Shown: positions 38,261 to 47,456 of the stretch, in pieces
Layout of the letters: every line of letters starts with the position of its first letter
How positions within the stretch are numbered: the stretch's first letter is position 1
Assembly (NCBI GenBank): GCA_024276375.1
Contig: JAJRXG010000290.1
Location: 1 to 47,567, forward strand
Direction: 5' to 3'
Source of the DNA: Bacteroidota bacterium
Lineage (GTDB): Bacteria; Bacteroidota; Bacteroidia; Chitinophagales; Saprospiraceae
DNA length: 47,567 nt
Position numbers and translations under genes: made by a program
The notes under the pieces: model-generated
Seen by the model: the letters and a program-made list of their open reading frames with translations, nothing else
The model's database searches: none
What the model was told of the DNA's origin: nothing

Positions 38261-39217
38261 TCATCTGAGTTGGCGCATACCTTCTTGGACACTTATGATG
38301 GGTCGATAACCCAATTCTTTTTGAGCCTTATCTATACGAAGGGTACAACTCACCGACATCATGTCCGCAGCGAATCGCGTAAGTGGCGGTTCTTTTTTTA
38401 TACTAAGTGCTCGCCATATTTTCTCAATCACAAAGGCCGCCGGTCGCAAAACAAATGAAGGGATAGACTTGTCAGTCGGTACGATATCCCGGCTCGCCAG
38501 CAAGCCTGATAGAAATTGTTTTAAGGTCAACACCTCATCATCTGTTATAAAATATGCTGATCCGCCGATACCCTTGTCCAGAGCCAACTCCACACCATGC
38601 ACTAGATTATCGATATGCGTGATAGATGTCAATGCACTTCCATGGTTCACCCATACAAAAGCTCCTTTATCTATCATTTTTACAACTTCCGGCAATATCG
38701 TCTGATCTCCGGGGCCCCATACCATACGCGGGCGGATTGCAATGGTCTCAAATACCCCGGGTTCATCGGCCTTAAGAACACTCCTTTCGGCGGCAGCCTT
38801 GGTCATCGAATACGGATAGGGAGAATCATCTGCATAAGGATATGTCTCATCAATATCATCCATCGGTTGACCGTAAAAGAGGCAAGCCTCGGTACTGATG
38901 TGTATAAATCGCTTCACACCGGCCGCTCGCGCTATTTCTAACAACTGCCGGGTGCCTTCGACATTCAAATCCCAGTATTGTTTTTTGCTTCCCCATGCTT
39001 CGACGTATGCCGCAGAGTGTATCACCACTTCTGCTTCCATAAGATCTGCGATACTAACTTTGTTGAGCTCTGTCATCACGGGTGTCAGACCAATATCTCT
39101 CACCTTTTGGGCAGATCGTTCTGACCGAGCCATGGCATATATCCGATGTTCTGCTGCGAGCTTCTTACCTATTGCTCCTCCTACAAATCCCGATGCTCCG
39201 GTTATAAATATTTTCAT
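38261..39217 (-). CDS. NAD-dependent epimerase/dehydratase (extended SDR, 3-beta-HSD-like)
   Basis: The start is placed at MKIFITGASGFVGG (Rossmann motif), with catalytic YSMTK. Its ATG overlaps the upstream stop (ATGA at 39214-39217). Confidence 0.9.
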   Translation of the reverse strand: MKIFITGASGFVGGAIGKKLAAEHRIYAMARSERSAQKVRDIGLTPVMTELNKVSIADLMEAEVVIHSAAYVEAWGSKKQYWDLNVEGTRQLLEIARAAGVKRFIHISTEACLFYGQPMDDIDETYPYADDSPYPYSMTKAAAERSVLKADEPGVFETIAIRPRMVWGPGDQTILPEVVKMIDKGAFVWVNHGSALTSITHIDNLVHGVELALDKGIGGSAYFITDDEVLTLKQFLSGLLASRDIVPTDKSIPSFVLRPAAFVIEKIWRALSIKKEPPLTRFAADMMSVSCTLRIDKAQKELGYRPIISVQEGMRQLR

Positions 39218-39759
39218 TTGGTTACAGTGCGCTTCATGGTTAATAATAATATTGTAAGAACAATCAATGCTATAGAAATCCATTTTATACTGGACATGAC
39301 ACTCGTCATACCCGCAACTACATCCAACTGTTGGGGATACCTGTTGAGCATGGTAACAATCCCCGTATTCTCCAATATATCAGCCCAAAATGCAATAAAC
39401 GGAATCCACAACAACGCGATCCACGATGTGCTTTCTATCTTACGCTTTCGCAAAAGCAAGCTGATCAACATTACAAAGAGTGCGGTATATACAATGGGGT
39501 AAACGAGGTCTATTGTGAACACTGTACTTGCATACAATGCTCTACCCTGATCTCCATAATCCGCTATCATTTTATATACCTCATCTGCTGTATATGAAAA
39601 TTGTAAGTCGATAGGATCGGCTCCATTGGGCGCATATACCTTCATCTTGCGCCCGGCATAGGGAAAGGCAATAAAATTGATCACCAAAACCAATGTCAAT
39701 GCGATCCACACATACTTCCATCGACTCAGTGCAACAATACGATATAGCAATTTTTTCAT
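39214..39759 (-). CDS. hypothetical integral membrane protein
   Basis: 181 aa with 4-5 hydrophobic helices, translationally coupled to the SDR gene. Confidence 0.72.
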   Translation of the reverse strand: MKKLLYRIVALSRWKYVWIALTLVLVINFIAFPYAGRKMKVYAPNGADPIDLQFSYTADEVYKMIADYGDQGRALYASTVFTIDLVYPIVYTALFVMLISLLLRKRKIESTSWIALLWIPFIAFWADILENTGIVTMLNRYPQQLDVVAGMTSVMSSIKWISIALIVLTILLLTMKRTVTK

Positions 39760-39938
39760 CTCTGTATCGGTGAATATAGCAAAATCTTGCTACTCAACTG
39801 TGATACACTTGTGTGAGGTGTGTATAGCATATTGCACTTTGTTAGCTGGCAATGCGTGATCGTGTAGGGGTTGATTCGTTCGGCTCATCAAGGGAGACTC
39901 TTTATGAGGAATTCTTAGACATATGGGGACAGAGGGGT

Positions 39939-39981
39939 ACCGGAGCAATATCCTCGTTTTATACAATTTTGTGATACACAC
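39939..39981 (+). repeat. intergenic direct repeat, copy A
   Basis: ACCGGAGCAATATCCTCGTTTTATACAATTTTGTGATACACAC. Confidence 0.7.
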
Positions 39982-40106
39982 TTTTGCCCGGATATTTATA
40001 TCCTGGGAGTCATGCCTTTTCATATTGGGCTTTAGCCCTTAACAAGTCTATGCATATTAATGGCTCAAGCCAATACAGTGGATCTGTTTTTATCCCCAGT
40101 CTAAAG

Positions 40107-40160
40107 ACCGGAGCAATATGCTATTTTATGCAATTTGTTATACACACTGTGTGAGGTGTG
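40107..40160 (+). repeat. intergenic direct repeat, copy A-prime, plus TGTGTGAGGTGTG module
   Basis: ACCGGAGCAATATGCTATTTTATGCAATTTGTTATACACAC is followed by TGTGTGAGGTGTG, which also occurs at 39810-39822. Confidence 0.7.
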
Positions 40161-40374
40161 AGATAACTCCTCTTGTCTATTATCCCGTTGTGCTCATCTT
40201 CACTATAAAAAGAACAGCACTACAATCGACTCCTACTCAGTGGATCTAGGCCTCACAAATATTCTCGAAATCTTATCCCTGTTCTATGCTTACGCAAATA
40301 GATAAAATACATCGTTCTCCGCTTACTTGTCTATCCAAAATTCTTATTTTAGTGCAAATCAAGAAACAAGCCTT

Positions 40375-42045
40375 ATGAAACGTCCGATTATACTACACCT
40401 TGCCTTACTCATCCTCCTGTGTATGACCCTATTGCCCGGTTGCAAACAACAAGATCACAATACGGTACAAGTATCAGAAGAGAAACCAACAGATAAACGA
40501 CTTCAAAAATATACTTCCTTCACACTCAATACTGACCTAAACAAACTCAGCCCCAATCAACTCAAAATGATCCCTATCTTGATTGAAGCTGCCAAAATAA
40601 TGGATGATTTGTTTTGGTTTGATGCATATGGAGACAAGGACGCTCTTCTCAAAAGCATTGATGACGAAGATCTCAGAAGTTTTGCCCGAATCAATTATGG
40701 CCCATGGGATCGATTGGACGGCAATCGGCCATTTGTCGATGGGATTGGAGATAAGCCCTTGGGCGCCAATTTTTATCCCTCGGATATGACTAAGGAGGAA
40801 TTTGAAGAAAGTCCTCTCCCGGATAAAACCAGTCTATACACGTACATCCGCCGTGATACAGATGGCGCCTTGCAATCGATACCATATCACACCATGCATA
40901 AGGACAAAATAAGTCGAGCCTCACAACTGCTCAAAAAAGCAGCTCAACTCGCAGACGATGAAGGACTCCGCAGGTACTTGCTGCTTAGATCCGAGGCATT
41001 GACGACAGACGATTACCGCAAAAGTGATATGGCCTGGTTGGACATGAAAACCAATCAAATTGATATCGTCATCGGTCCCATTGAGAACTATGAAGATCAA
41101 TTATATGGTTATAAAACCGCCCATGAAGCCTATGTACTTGTCAAGGATATGGAGTGGAGTAAGCGACTCGCCAAGTATGCCTCATTTTTGCTGGAATTGC
41201 AAAACGGACTGCCCGTAGCAGATGCGTACAAACAAGAAAAACCCGGTACAGATACAGAACTCAACGCATATGACGTGATATATTATGCAGGAGATTGCAA
41301 CTCCGGTAGCAAGACCATCGCCATCAATCTGCCCAATGATGAAGAAGTCCAACTGGCCAAGGGCACCCGTCGATTGCAATTGAAAAATGCCATGCGTGCC
41401 AAATTTGATAAAATCCTCATACCCATAGCAGATATGCTATTGGATGACAGTCAACGCAAGCATATTACATTTGATGCTTTTTTTGCCAATACGATGTTTC
41501 ATGAAGTCGCCCATGGCTTGGGTATTAAAAATACCATCAATGGCCGAGGTACAGTACGTACGGCACTTAAAGAACATGCCTCGGCACTGGAAGAAGGCAA
41601 AGCAGATATGCTGGGATTGTATATGATCCGCCAACTTTATAAAAAAGGAGAAATCTCCGGAGACCTCCAAGACAATTATGTAACGTTTCTGGCATCGATA
41701 TTTCGGTCTGTACGATTTGGAGCTTCCTCGGCGCATGGCAAGGCCAATATGATTCGATTCAATTTTTTGAATGAAAGAGGTGCTTTTGAACGCGATGCTG
41801 AAAGTGGAAAATACAAAGTCAATTTTGATAAATTTGAGCTTGCCATGGACGAATTGTCAGAACTTATTCTGACATTGCAAGGAGATGGCAATTATAAAAG
41901 TGTCGCTGCGCTTGTAAAAGAGCAAGCCCTCATCGGAACAACTTTAAAGGAGGACTTAGACCGTCTTTCATCAGCCGGAATTCCGGTTGATATTGTATTT
42001 GAACAGGGCATAAAAGTATTGGGTCTAAACAATAAAAAAATGTAA
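40375..42045 (+). CDS. zinc metallopeptidase lipoprotein, DPP III (M49)-like
   Basis: The start is placed at MKRPIILHLALLILLCMTLLPGC (lipoprotein signal). HEVAHGLG is the HExxH motif, with downstream EEGKAD as in the M49-like branch. Confidence 0.75.
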   Translation: MKRPIILHLALLILLCMTLLPGCKQQDHNTVQVSEEKPTDKRLQKYTSFTLNTDLNKLSPNQLKMIPILIEAAKIMDDLFWFDAYGDKDALLKSIDDEDLRSFARINYGPWDRLDGNRPFVDGIGDKPLGANFYPSDMTKEEFEESPLPDKTSLYTYIRRDTDGALQSIPYHTMHKDKISRASQLLKKAAQLADDEGLRRYLLLRSEALTTDDYRKSDMAWLDMKTNQIDIVIGPIENYEDQLYGYKTAHEAYVLVKDMEWSKRLAKYASFLLELQNGLPVADAYKQEKPGTDTELNAYDVIYYAGDCNSGSKTIAINLPNDEEVQLAKGTRRLQLKNAMRAKFDKILIPIADMLLDDSQRKHITFDAFFANTMFHEVAHGLGIKNTINGRGTVRTALKEHASALEEGKADMLGLYMIRQLYKKGEISGDLQDNYVTFLASIFRSVRFGASSAHGKANMIRFNFLNERGAFERDAESGKYKVNFDKFELAMDELSELILTLQGDGNYKSVAALVKEQALIGTTLKEDLDRLSSAGIPVDIVFEQGIKVLGLNNKKM

Positions 42046-42134
42046 TTTGCTTATAACCGATATCTCATAAGCACGTATTATTTTATGGCAAATCTACATA
42101 TCCACTTGAAGAGATATGCAAAATCCTAACTTCT

Positions 42135-42914
42135 ATGAATACACAGTTAAATGGGAAGACTGCCATCGTCTGTGGCAGCTCACAAGGAATCGGAAGAGCT
42201 GCCGCCATTGCATTGTCCCGTGCCGGAGCTCGCGTCATCTTGGTGGCTCGAAATGAAGATAGATTAAAAAACGTCCTGTCGATCTTGCATCCATCAGCCG
42301 AACATGAATATGTCGTCGCTGATTTTACCCAGCCTCAAAAATTGAAAGGGATCATCACAGATTTTATAAAGGACACAGTCGTTGAAATCTTAATCAACAA
42401 TACCGGAGGACCTCCCGGAGGTGCCATCTACCAAGCACGCACCGATGAATTTGTAAATGCCTTTCACCAACATCTGATCTGCAATCACATCATGATGCAA
42501 GCTGTCACACCATCTATGATTAGAGTGGGATACGGTAGAATCATCAATATCATCTCCACTTCCGTAAAACAACCCATTGACAATCTCGGTGTAAGCAATA
42601 CCATCAGAGCAGCCGTCGCCAATTGGAGCAAAACATTGGCCAACGAGTTGGGACAGTTTAATATCACCGTCAACAATGTACTGCCGGGATTGACAGATAC
42701 GGCCAGATTAAATAGCTTGATCGAAAATTTTGCCGAAAGGCTCGGACAAACTCCACAATCCCTCAAAACTCAAATGACCAATGTCATCCCGATGAAACGA
42801 ATCGCCCAACCCGAAGAAATTGCAACTGTAATCGCTTTCTTGGCATCTCCCGCAGCGAATTATGTCAATGGTGTCAATATTCCGGTGGATGGAGGTAGCA
42901 CCAAATGCCTTTAA
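42135..42914 (+). CDS. SDR family oxidoreductase (FabG-like)
   Basis: 259 aa with cofactor motif VCGSSQGIGRA and the NNTGG motif. Confidence 0.9.
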   Translation: MNTQLNGKTAIVCGSSQGIGRAAAIALSRAGARVILVARNEDRLKNVLSILHPSAEHEYVVADFTQPQKLKGIITDFIKDTVVEILINNTGGPPGGAIYQARTDEFVNAFHQHLICNHIMMQAVTPSMIRVGYGRIINIISTSVKQPIDNLGVSNTIRAAVANWSKTLANELGQFNITVNNVLPGLTDTARLNSLIENFAERLGQTPQSLKTQMTNVIPMKRIAQPEEIATVIAFLASPAANYVNGVNIPVDGGSTKCL

Positions 42915-42951
42915 ATACGAGCACAAAATTTTATCATAATACTACAATCCC

Positions 42952-44454
42952 ATGATTGATCCCATACAGTACGACGATTGTCTGTCCATCAGAGGGAGAT
43001 ATCTATACATCGAAGATTGCAATACGATAGATCTGGTCAAGGAGTTTGGGTCTCCACTATTTGTCATTTCTGAAGCGCAATTGCGCAACAATATCAGACG
43101 CTTTCAACAGAGTTTTAAGCAAGGCTGGGATGCCGACGTCATGATTATGCCTGCGGCCAAAGCCAATTGGGTTTCGGCGATACAACGTATCATAGCCGAT
43201 GAGGGTTGTGGCTGCGACATCTACTCCCCCGGGGAGTTTGACGTGGCCATGCGATCAGGATTTCAAGCTCAACACATCTCGGTCAACGGTGTCCCCAAAG
43301 ACCCCAACCTCATCCGCATGGCCATCGCAAAAGGGGCGCGTATAACCATAGATAGTCTCGAAGAAATGCCCATGATCCAACAATCCGCCGCCGAGTTGAA
43401 TAAAACGGCCGTAGTACGATTGCGCATCAAACCCACCCTCTCGGGATTCAACAAACACAGCGATTTTTCTCCGGGCGGATTGATTGCCACGGATCTTGCC
43501 GCTCTGGCTTACAAAGGAGGTTTGCCCATACAGGATGTAATCCGCCTCGGAAGGGAAATTCTGAAAATGAACAACGTCCGACTGATCGGATTTCACCAGC
43601 ATCATGGACGACATCACCGCTCCCTAGCGTACTGGAAAGAACAGATGAAAACCTTTGCTCAAGACCTCGGACGCGTCCGTACGGCATTGGATGGATTTCA
43701 ACCCCGGGAGATTGACATCGGAGGAGGATTTGCAAGTCGCAGAGATCCTTTCAATGCAGAGACCCATTATGCCGAACCCTTTGAAATGCTGGCATTGCAC
43801 CTCCTCTCCAAAAGTCTGAAAATATTGGGATCTAAAGTCAGATACAAAGTGCTCAATTATATCATTGACAAATCCATGATTTACCATCCCAATCAAGTGA
43901 TGGCGCCCACTATCGAAGACTATGCACAGATCTGTACCACTACACTCAAAAAACAATTGCCTAAAAATGGCATCGACCTCAAGGGACTGTCCCTACAATT
44001 GGAACCCGGACGAAGTCTTCACGGAGACACCGGCATCCACCTCACTACACTCAAAAGTATAAAAAGTACAACAGCTCCATTAAAATGGAAACACTTGATA
44101 TTTGATACGACAGAATTTTGGTTTACCGGAGGCCGTCTCGAACATCATCTCCACGAATATATTTTTGCCAACAAAGCCAATGTTCCAAGACAAGAAAAAG
44201 CGGATATCGTGGGACGTAGTTGTTATGGTGATCGATTGATTCCAACTATCCAAGTCCCCCGAGACGCTCAACCCGGTGATATTCTGGCACTCCTCGATGT
44301 AGGAGCGTATCAGGAGCCTTCAATGAGCAACTTCAATGCCATGCCCAGGCCGGGAACCGTACTCGTCACCGACAATCGTGCATCCGTCATCCGAAAAGCA
44401 GAAACCATCGAAGATGTTTTTAGAAGAGACGTCATACCCCAACATCTCCGCTGA
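42952..44454 (+). CDS. type III (alanine racemase-fold) PLP-dependent decarboxylase, LysA/ODC family
   Basis: 500 aa with PAAKAN (PLP-Lys context), HHG, EPGRSL and GAYQEPSMSNFN motifs. It is longer than canonical LysA because of insertions. Confidence 0.85.
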   Translation: MIDPIQYDDCLSIRGRYLYIEDCNTIDLVKEFGSPLFVISEAQLRNNIRRFQQSFKQGWDADVMIMPAAKANWVSAIQRIIADEGCGCDIYSPGEFDVAMRSGFQAQHISVNGVPKDPNLIRMAIAKGARITIDSLEEMPMIQQSAAELNKTAVVRLRIKPTLSGFNKHSDFSPGGLIATDLAALAYKGGLPIQDVIRLGREILKMNNVRLIGFHQHHGRHHRSLAYWKEQMKTFAQDLGRVRTALDGFQPREIDIGGGFASRRDPFNAETHYAEPFEMLALHLLSKSLKILGSKVRYKVLNYIIDKSMIYHPNQVMAPTIEDYAQICTTTLKKQLPKNGIDLKGLSLQLEPGRSLHGDTGIHLTTLKSIKSTTAPLKWKHLIFDTTEFWFTGGRLEHHLHEYIFANKANVPRQEKADIVGRSCYGDRLIPTIQVPRDAQPGDILALLDVGAYQEPSMSNFNAMPRPGTVLVTDNRASVIRKAETIEDVFRRDVIPQHLR

Positions 44455-44559
44455 GACTTGGAATCCAATAATATACCAACAACTACCTCCTCATAACTGA
44501 CTGGGACGATCAGTAAGCATCCGACAACCTCATGACTCCTTTTATCCAACGCACAAGTT

Positions 44560-44772
44560 CTACTTTTCGATAATCGGTACACCCATAAGCGTAAATAGAA
44601 GAAATAGTATGAAGAACAATATAGACCACCCAAAGATCCTCAAAACAGGTATCGCATTGCCTGCATCAACCTTCCAGTCATAACTCATCAAGCGCATCAC
44701 AGCCCTGATAAGTACGACTATAAAAGTCAAACTCAATATCAATATACCGAGTGGTATCAATGTCTGATTCAT
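44560..44772 (-). CDS. small two-helix membrane protein (hypothetical)
   Basis: 70-aa ORF with two clear hydrophobic segments, divergent from blaI. It is supported by composition only. Confidence 0.4.
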   Translation of the reverse strand: MNQTLIPLGILILSLTFIVVLIRAVMRLMSYDWKVDAGNAIPVLRIFGWSILFFILFLLFTLMGVPIIEK

Positions 44773-44829
44773 ATCAAAAGCTAAGATAATAATAAGGACG
44801 AAACAAATAATATCTTAAAAATAAGTTGC

Positions 44830-44849
44830 ATAACGTATTTATACGTTAT
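44830..44849. promoter_or_regulatory. candidate BlaI-family operator (20-bp palindrome)
   Basis: ATAACGTAT-TT-ATACGTTAT has perfect 9-bp arms. It abuts the -7 box of the repressor gene. Confidence 0.5.
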
Positions 44850-44856
44850 ATATTTG
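44849..44856 (+). promoter_or_regulatory. candidate -7 promoter box (TATATTTG)
   Basis: Exact TAnnTTTG match, 23 nt upstream of the ATG at 44879. Confidence 0.4.
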
Positions 44857-44878
44857 TATTATCAAATCATCTAACACT

Positions 44879-45256
44879 ATGCGCCAGACGAAACTCACCA
44901 AGGCAGAAGAGGAAATCATGCAGATGCTATGGGATCAAGAGGAGCCCTCGACGGTCGCTCAATTGATCGGGCAAATGAAGGGTACACGCCCCCCTCACAG
45001 TACGATCAGCAGCATCATACGTATATTGGAGAAAAAGGGATTTGTGGATCACAAGGCATATGGTCGTACACATGTTTACTTTCCCATTGTTGAGAAGAAG
45101 GATTACTTAAAATTTTCGATCACCAATCTTATATCAGGATACTTCAAAGGCAGTATGAACGAATTGGTTTCTTTCTTGGTACAGGAGAACAATTTAAGTA
45201 TAAAAGAACTATCGGAGTTGATTAAAAAATTGGAAGAAGACAGTGCTAACTCATAG
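44879..45256 (+). CDS. BlaI/MecI/CopY family transcriptional repressor
   Basis: 125 aa. The N-terminal winged-helix LTKAEEEIMQMLW..STISSIIRILEKKG is typical of the family. Confidence 0.92.
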   Translation: MRQTKLTKAEEEIMQMLWDQEEPSTVAQLIGQMKGTRPPHSTISSIIRILEKKGFVDHKAYGRTHVYFPIVEKKDYLKFSITNLISGYFKGSMNELVSFLVQENNLSIKELSELIKKLEEDSANS

Positions 45257-45290
45257 TATTGTCATTAAATTATAAAATAAAACAGCGATT

Positions 45291-47456
45291 ATGCTTACCT
45301 ACTTATTAGAAGTCACCATGTGTTGGGCATTGTTTTATCTGATCTTCGTTGCCATATTGCGCAAGGTGACTTTTTTTAGGGTCAACCGATGGTATCTTCT
45401 GAGTGGTCTAACACTAGGAATACTGATCCCCTTGCTCAGGTTTCTGGAAATAGATTTTTATCAAGAAGACATCGCGCAGATGGCTCCAATCGTCTATGTC
45501 ATAAAGGACGCTCCGGCACAAATTGCAACAAGTGTAGTTGAACAAACGATGGATTGGGGCGCCATTATTTATAAAGTGCTCTTGTCACTATATCTCTTGG
45601 GAGTAGGGGTCTTCTCGTTTCGATTTCTCAAAGGTCTCCTAGCGATCTATCGCTTATATTCCTTCGGCAGCAAAGAGCATCATTCCTATTATACACTTGT
45701 CCATACAAATAAAGAGCACTTACCTTTTTCATTCTTCGACAAGGTCTTTCTCAGTACTAAGACACCCATGAAGGAAGGTATTGATGATATATTACAACAT
45801 GAACTGGCACATGTAGAGAGTAAGCACAGTATTGACGTACTCTTTTTGGAAGTGGTAAACATCGTTTTCTGGTTTCACCCGTTGATCTATCTCTACAAGA
45901 CAGCGATAAGACAAACACACGAATATATCGCCGATCAAGTCGTACTCAAAAACACCCATCGACAGACCTACGGCACACTATTACTCAAGCAATCCATGTC
46001 CGGATTACAGATTGCTTTGGCGCATCAATTTTTTCATTCACACATAAAAAAAAGAATCAACATGATGTATCAGAAAAAATCCGGACAGTCGGCTTGGCTG
46101 AAGTACACTTTGGCCTTGCCGGTTTTATTGTTATTGTTTATTGTATTCTCAAGTCATCGAGATCAACCCTATACAACGCTACAATTTGGTGAGGACATCC
46201 AGTACTTTCAGAATACACTTAAAGGAAGTATCGGTCCCATAAGTTTTTACAACGTTGATGATGCGAGCTTTGAGACTACCGAAGGTTTTCCTATCTCCCA
46301 TGGATTCAAAAACCTCTTGACCAATTACAATATTGACAAACATCTGCTACTCGTGATTGATGGCGAAGAAATATTGTTACAATCTGATATCTACTTAGTT
46401 CCCCACAAACCCTTCCATGTCGAAAACATGACGTGGTTCTCTCCCGAAGCAGCTATTAAAAAATATGGACAAAATGGTCAGTATGGGGCATTAGAATTTG
46501 AGGGTATAGTTCAAGGGCAATATGTATCACTGGAGACACCTGTTAGAAAGACATTTGAACAAAGCTATGGCGGAAAAGATAAGAACTTAGTAGAGAAAAT
46601 CATAATGGCTCGCATCAACAAAGCTATGAATGACCCAAATCCTACCACCCGATACGTATTGCCGGAGGATGTAGTACCCGGAAAAGATGGTATCCCTTCA
46701 TACTACAACAAAAACATTGAACTAAAAGGACCAGTCCCATTCTTCGATGGTGCTAAGAGTCGTAGAGAAAGTGATGAAAAATTGCGATTCTTAATAGATA
46801 AATATATAAGAATCTCAAAAGTAGAAACAAGTAACGAACAAAGCAACAAAGTGTATCTTACATACATCATTGAGACCGATGGTACGGTCTCCAACATAAG
46901 AGAGTCGAACAATCTATTTTTCTCTTCTCGTAAAAACCTTATCCCGCATGCCATCCGTGTAGCCAAGAAAGTCTTTTACAATAGACGATTTACACCTGCC
47001 ATGTTTGAAGGAAAACCCATCAAAGTAGAGCAGCGACTCATGGTTGATTTTAGTGTGCCTTCAGATAAGAATTATAGTAAAGGTTCACTGATAGGTATAT
47101 TCAACCATAAGGAGAACAATAATGTGGTATTGAATAAAGATAACAATCCAAATTCTTTCAAGGATAGGAAGAATAATAAATCGTCAAGAGACAAGTTAAG
47201 CATTGAAGATTGGATTGATCAACCAAATTTAGAAGTCGGTTACCTCTTACCTAAGGATGATGTCAAGTCTAAAGATGGCACTCACGAATACCAAAACAGC
47301 CATACTATTCTCTATGGGCCTCCCCCATTGTTTGACGGAAGCTCAAAACTTAGTGATTGTTCAAAAAAGATAGAATCCCTTTTAGTGGCATATTATAAAA
47401 ACCACAACATTGAATTAACACCCCATAAAAAAATGTCGTGTCGGTTCAATATATAA
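45291..47456 (+). CDS. BlaR1/MecR1-like M56 peptidase sensor with tandem TonB-C-like C-terminal repeats; 3' end frameshifted
   Basis: 721 aa with N-terminal TM helices and HELAHVESKH (HExxH). The two C-terminal repeats are homologous. The second is cut by a frame change at an A7 tract, and the -1 frame stays open to the window end. Confidence 0.88.
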   Translation: MLTYLLEVTMCWALFYLIFVAILRKVTFFRVNRWYLLSGLTLGILIPLLRFLEIDFYQEDIAQMAPIVYVIKDAPAQIATSVVEQTMDWGAIIYKVLLSLYLLGVGVFSFRFLKGLLAIYRLYSFGSKEHHSYYTLVHTNKEHLPFSFFDKVFLSTKTPMKEGIDDILQHELAHVESKHSIDVLFLEVVNIVFWFHPLIYLYKTAIRQTHEYIADQVVLKNTHRQTYGTLLLKQSMSGLQIALAHQFFHSHIKKRINMMYQKKSGQSAWLKYTLALPVLLLLFIVFSSHRDQPYTTLQFGEDIQYFQNTLKGSIGPISFYNVDDASFETTEGFPISHGFKNLLTNYNIDKHLLLVIDGEEILLQSDIYLVPHKPFHVENMTWFSPEAAIKKYGQNGQYGALEFEGIVQGQYVSLETPVRKTFEQSYGGKDKNLVEKIIMARINKAMNDPNPTTRYVLPEDVVPGKDGIPSYYNKNIELKGPVPFFDGAKSRRESDEKLRFLIDKYIRISKVETSNEQSNKVYLTYIIETDGTVSNIRESNNLFFSSRKNLIPHAIRVAKKVFYNRRFTPAMFEGKPIKVEQRLMVDFSVPSDKNYSKGSLIGIFNHKENNNVVLNKDNNPNSFKDRKNNKSSRDKLSIEDWIDQPNLEVGYLLPKDDVKSKDGTHEYQNSHTILYGPPPLFDGSSKLSDCSKKIESLLVAYYKNHNIELTPHKKMSCRFNI

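Noticed and set aside
39799-40160. The intergenic repeats as a small CRISPR array
   Set aside because: There are only two full copies. They are imperfect, with about 125-bp spacing rather than 30-40 bp. No cas genes or leader-like context are present.
47424-47435. Programmed -1 ribosomal frameshift at the A7 tract of the BlaR1-like gene
   Set aside because: In the zero frame the tract reads CAT AAA AAA ATG. This is not a canonical X XXY YYZ heptamer. I saw no downstream stimulatory hairpin. A homopolymer length error or mutation is the simpler explanation.
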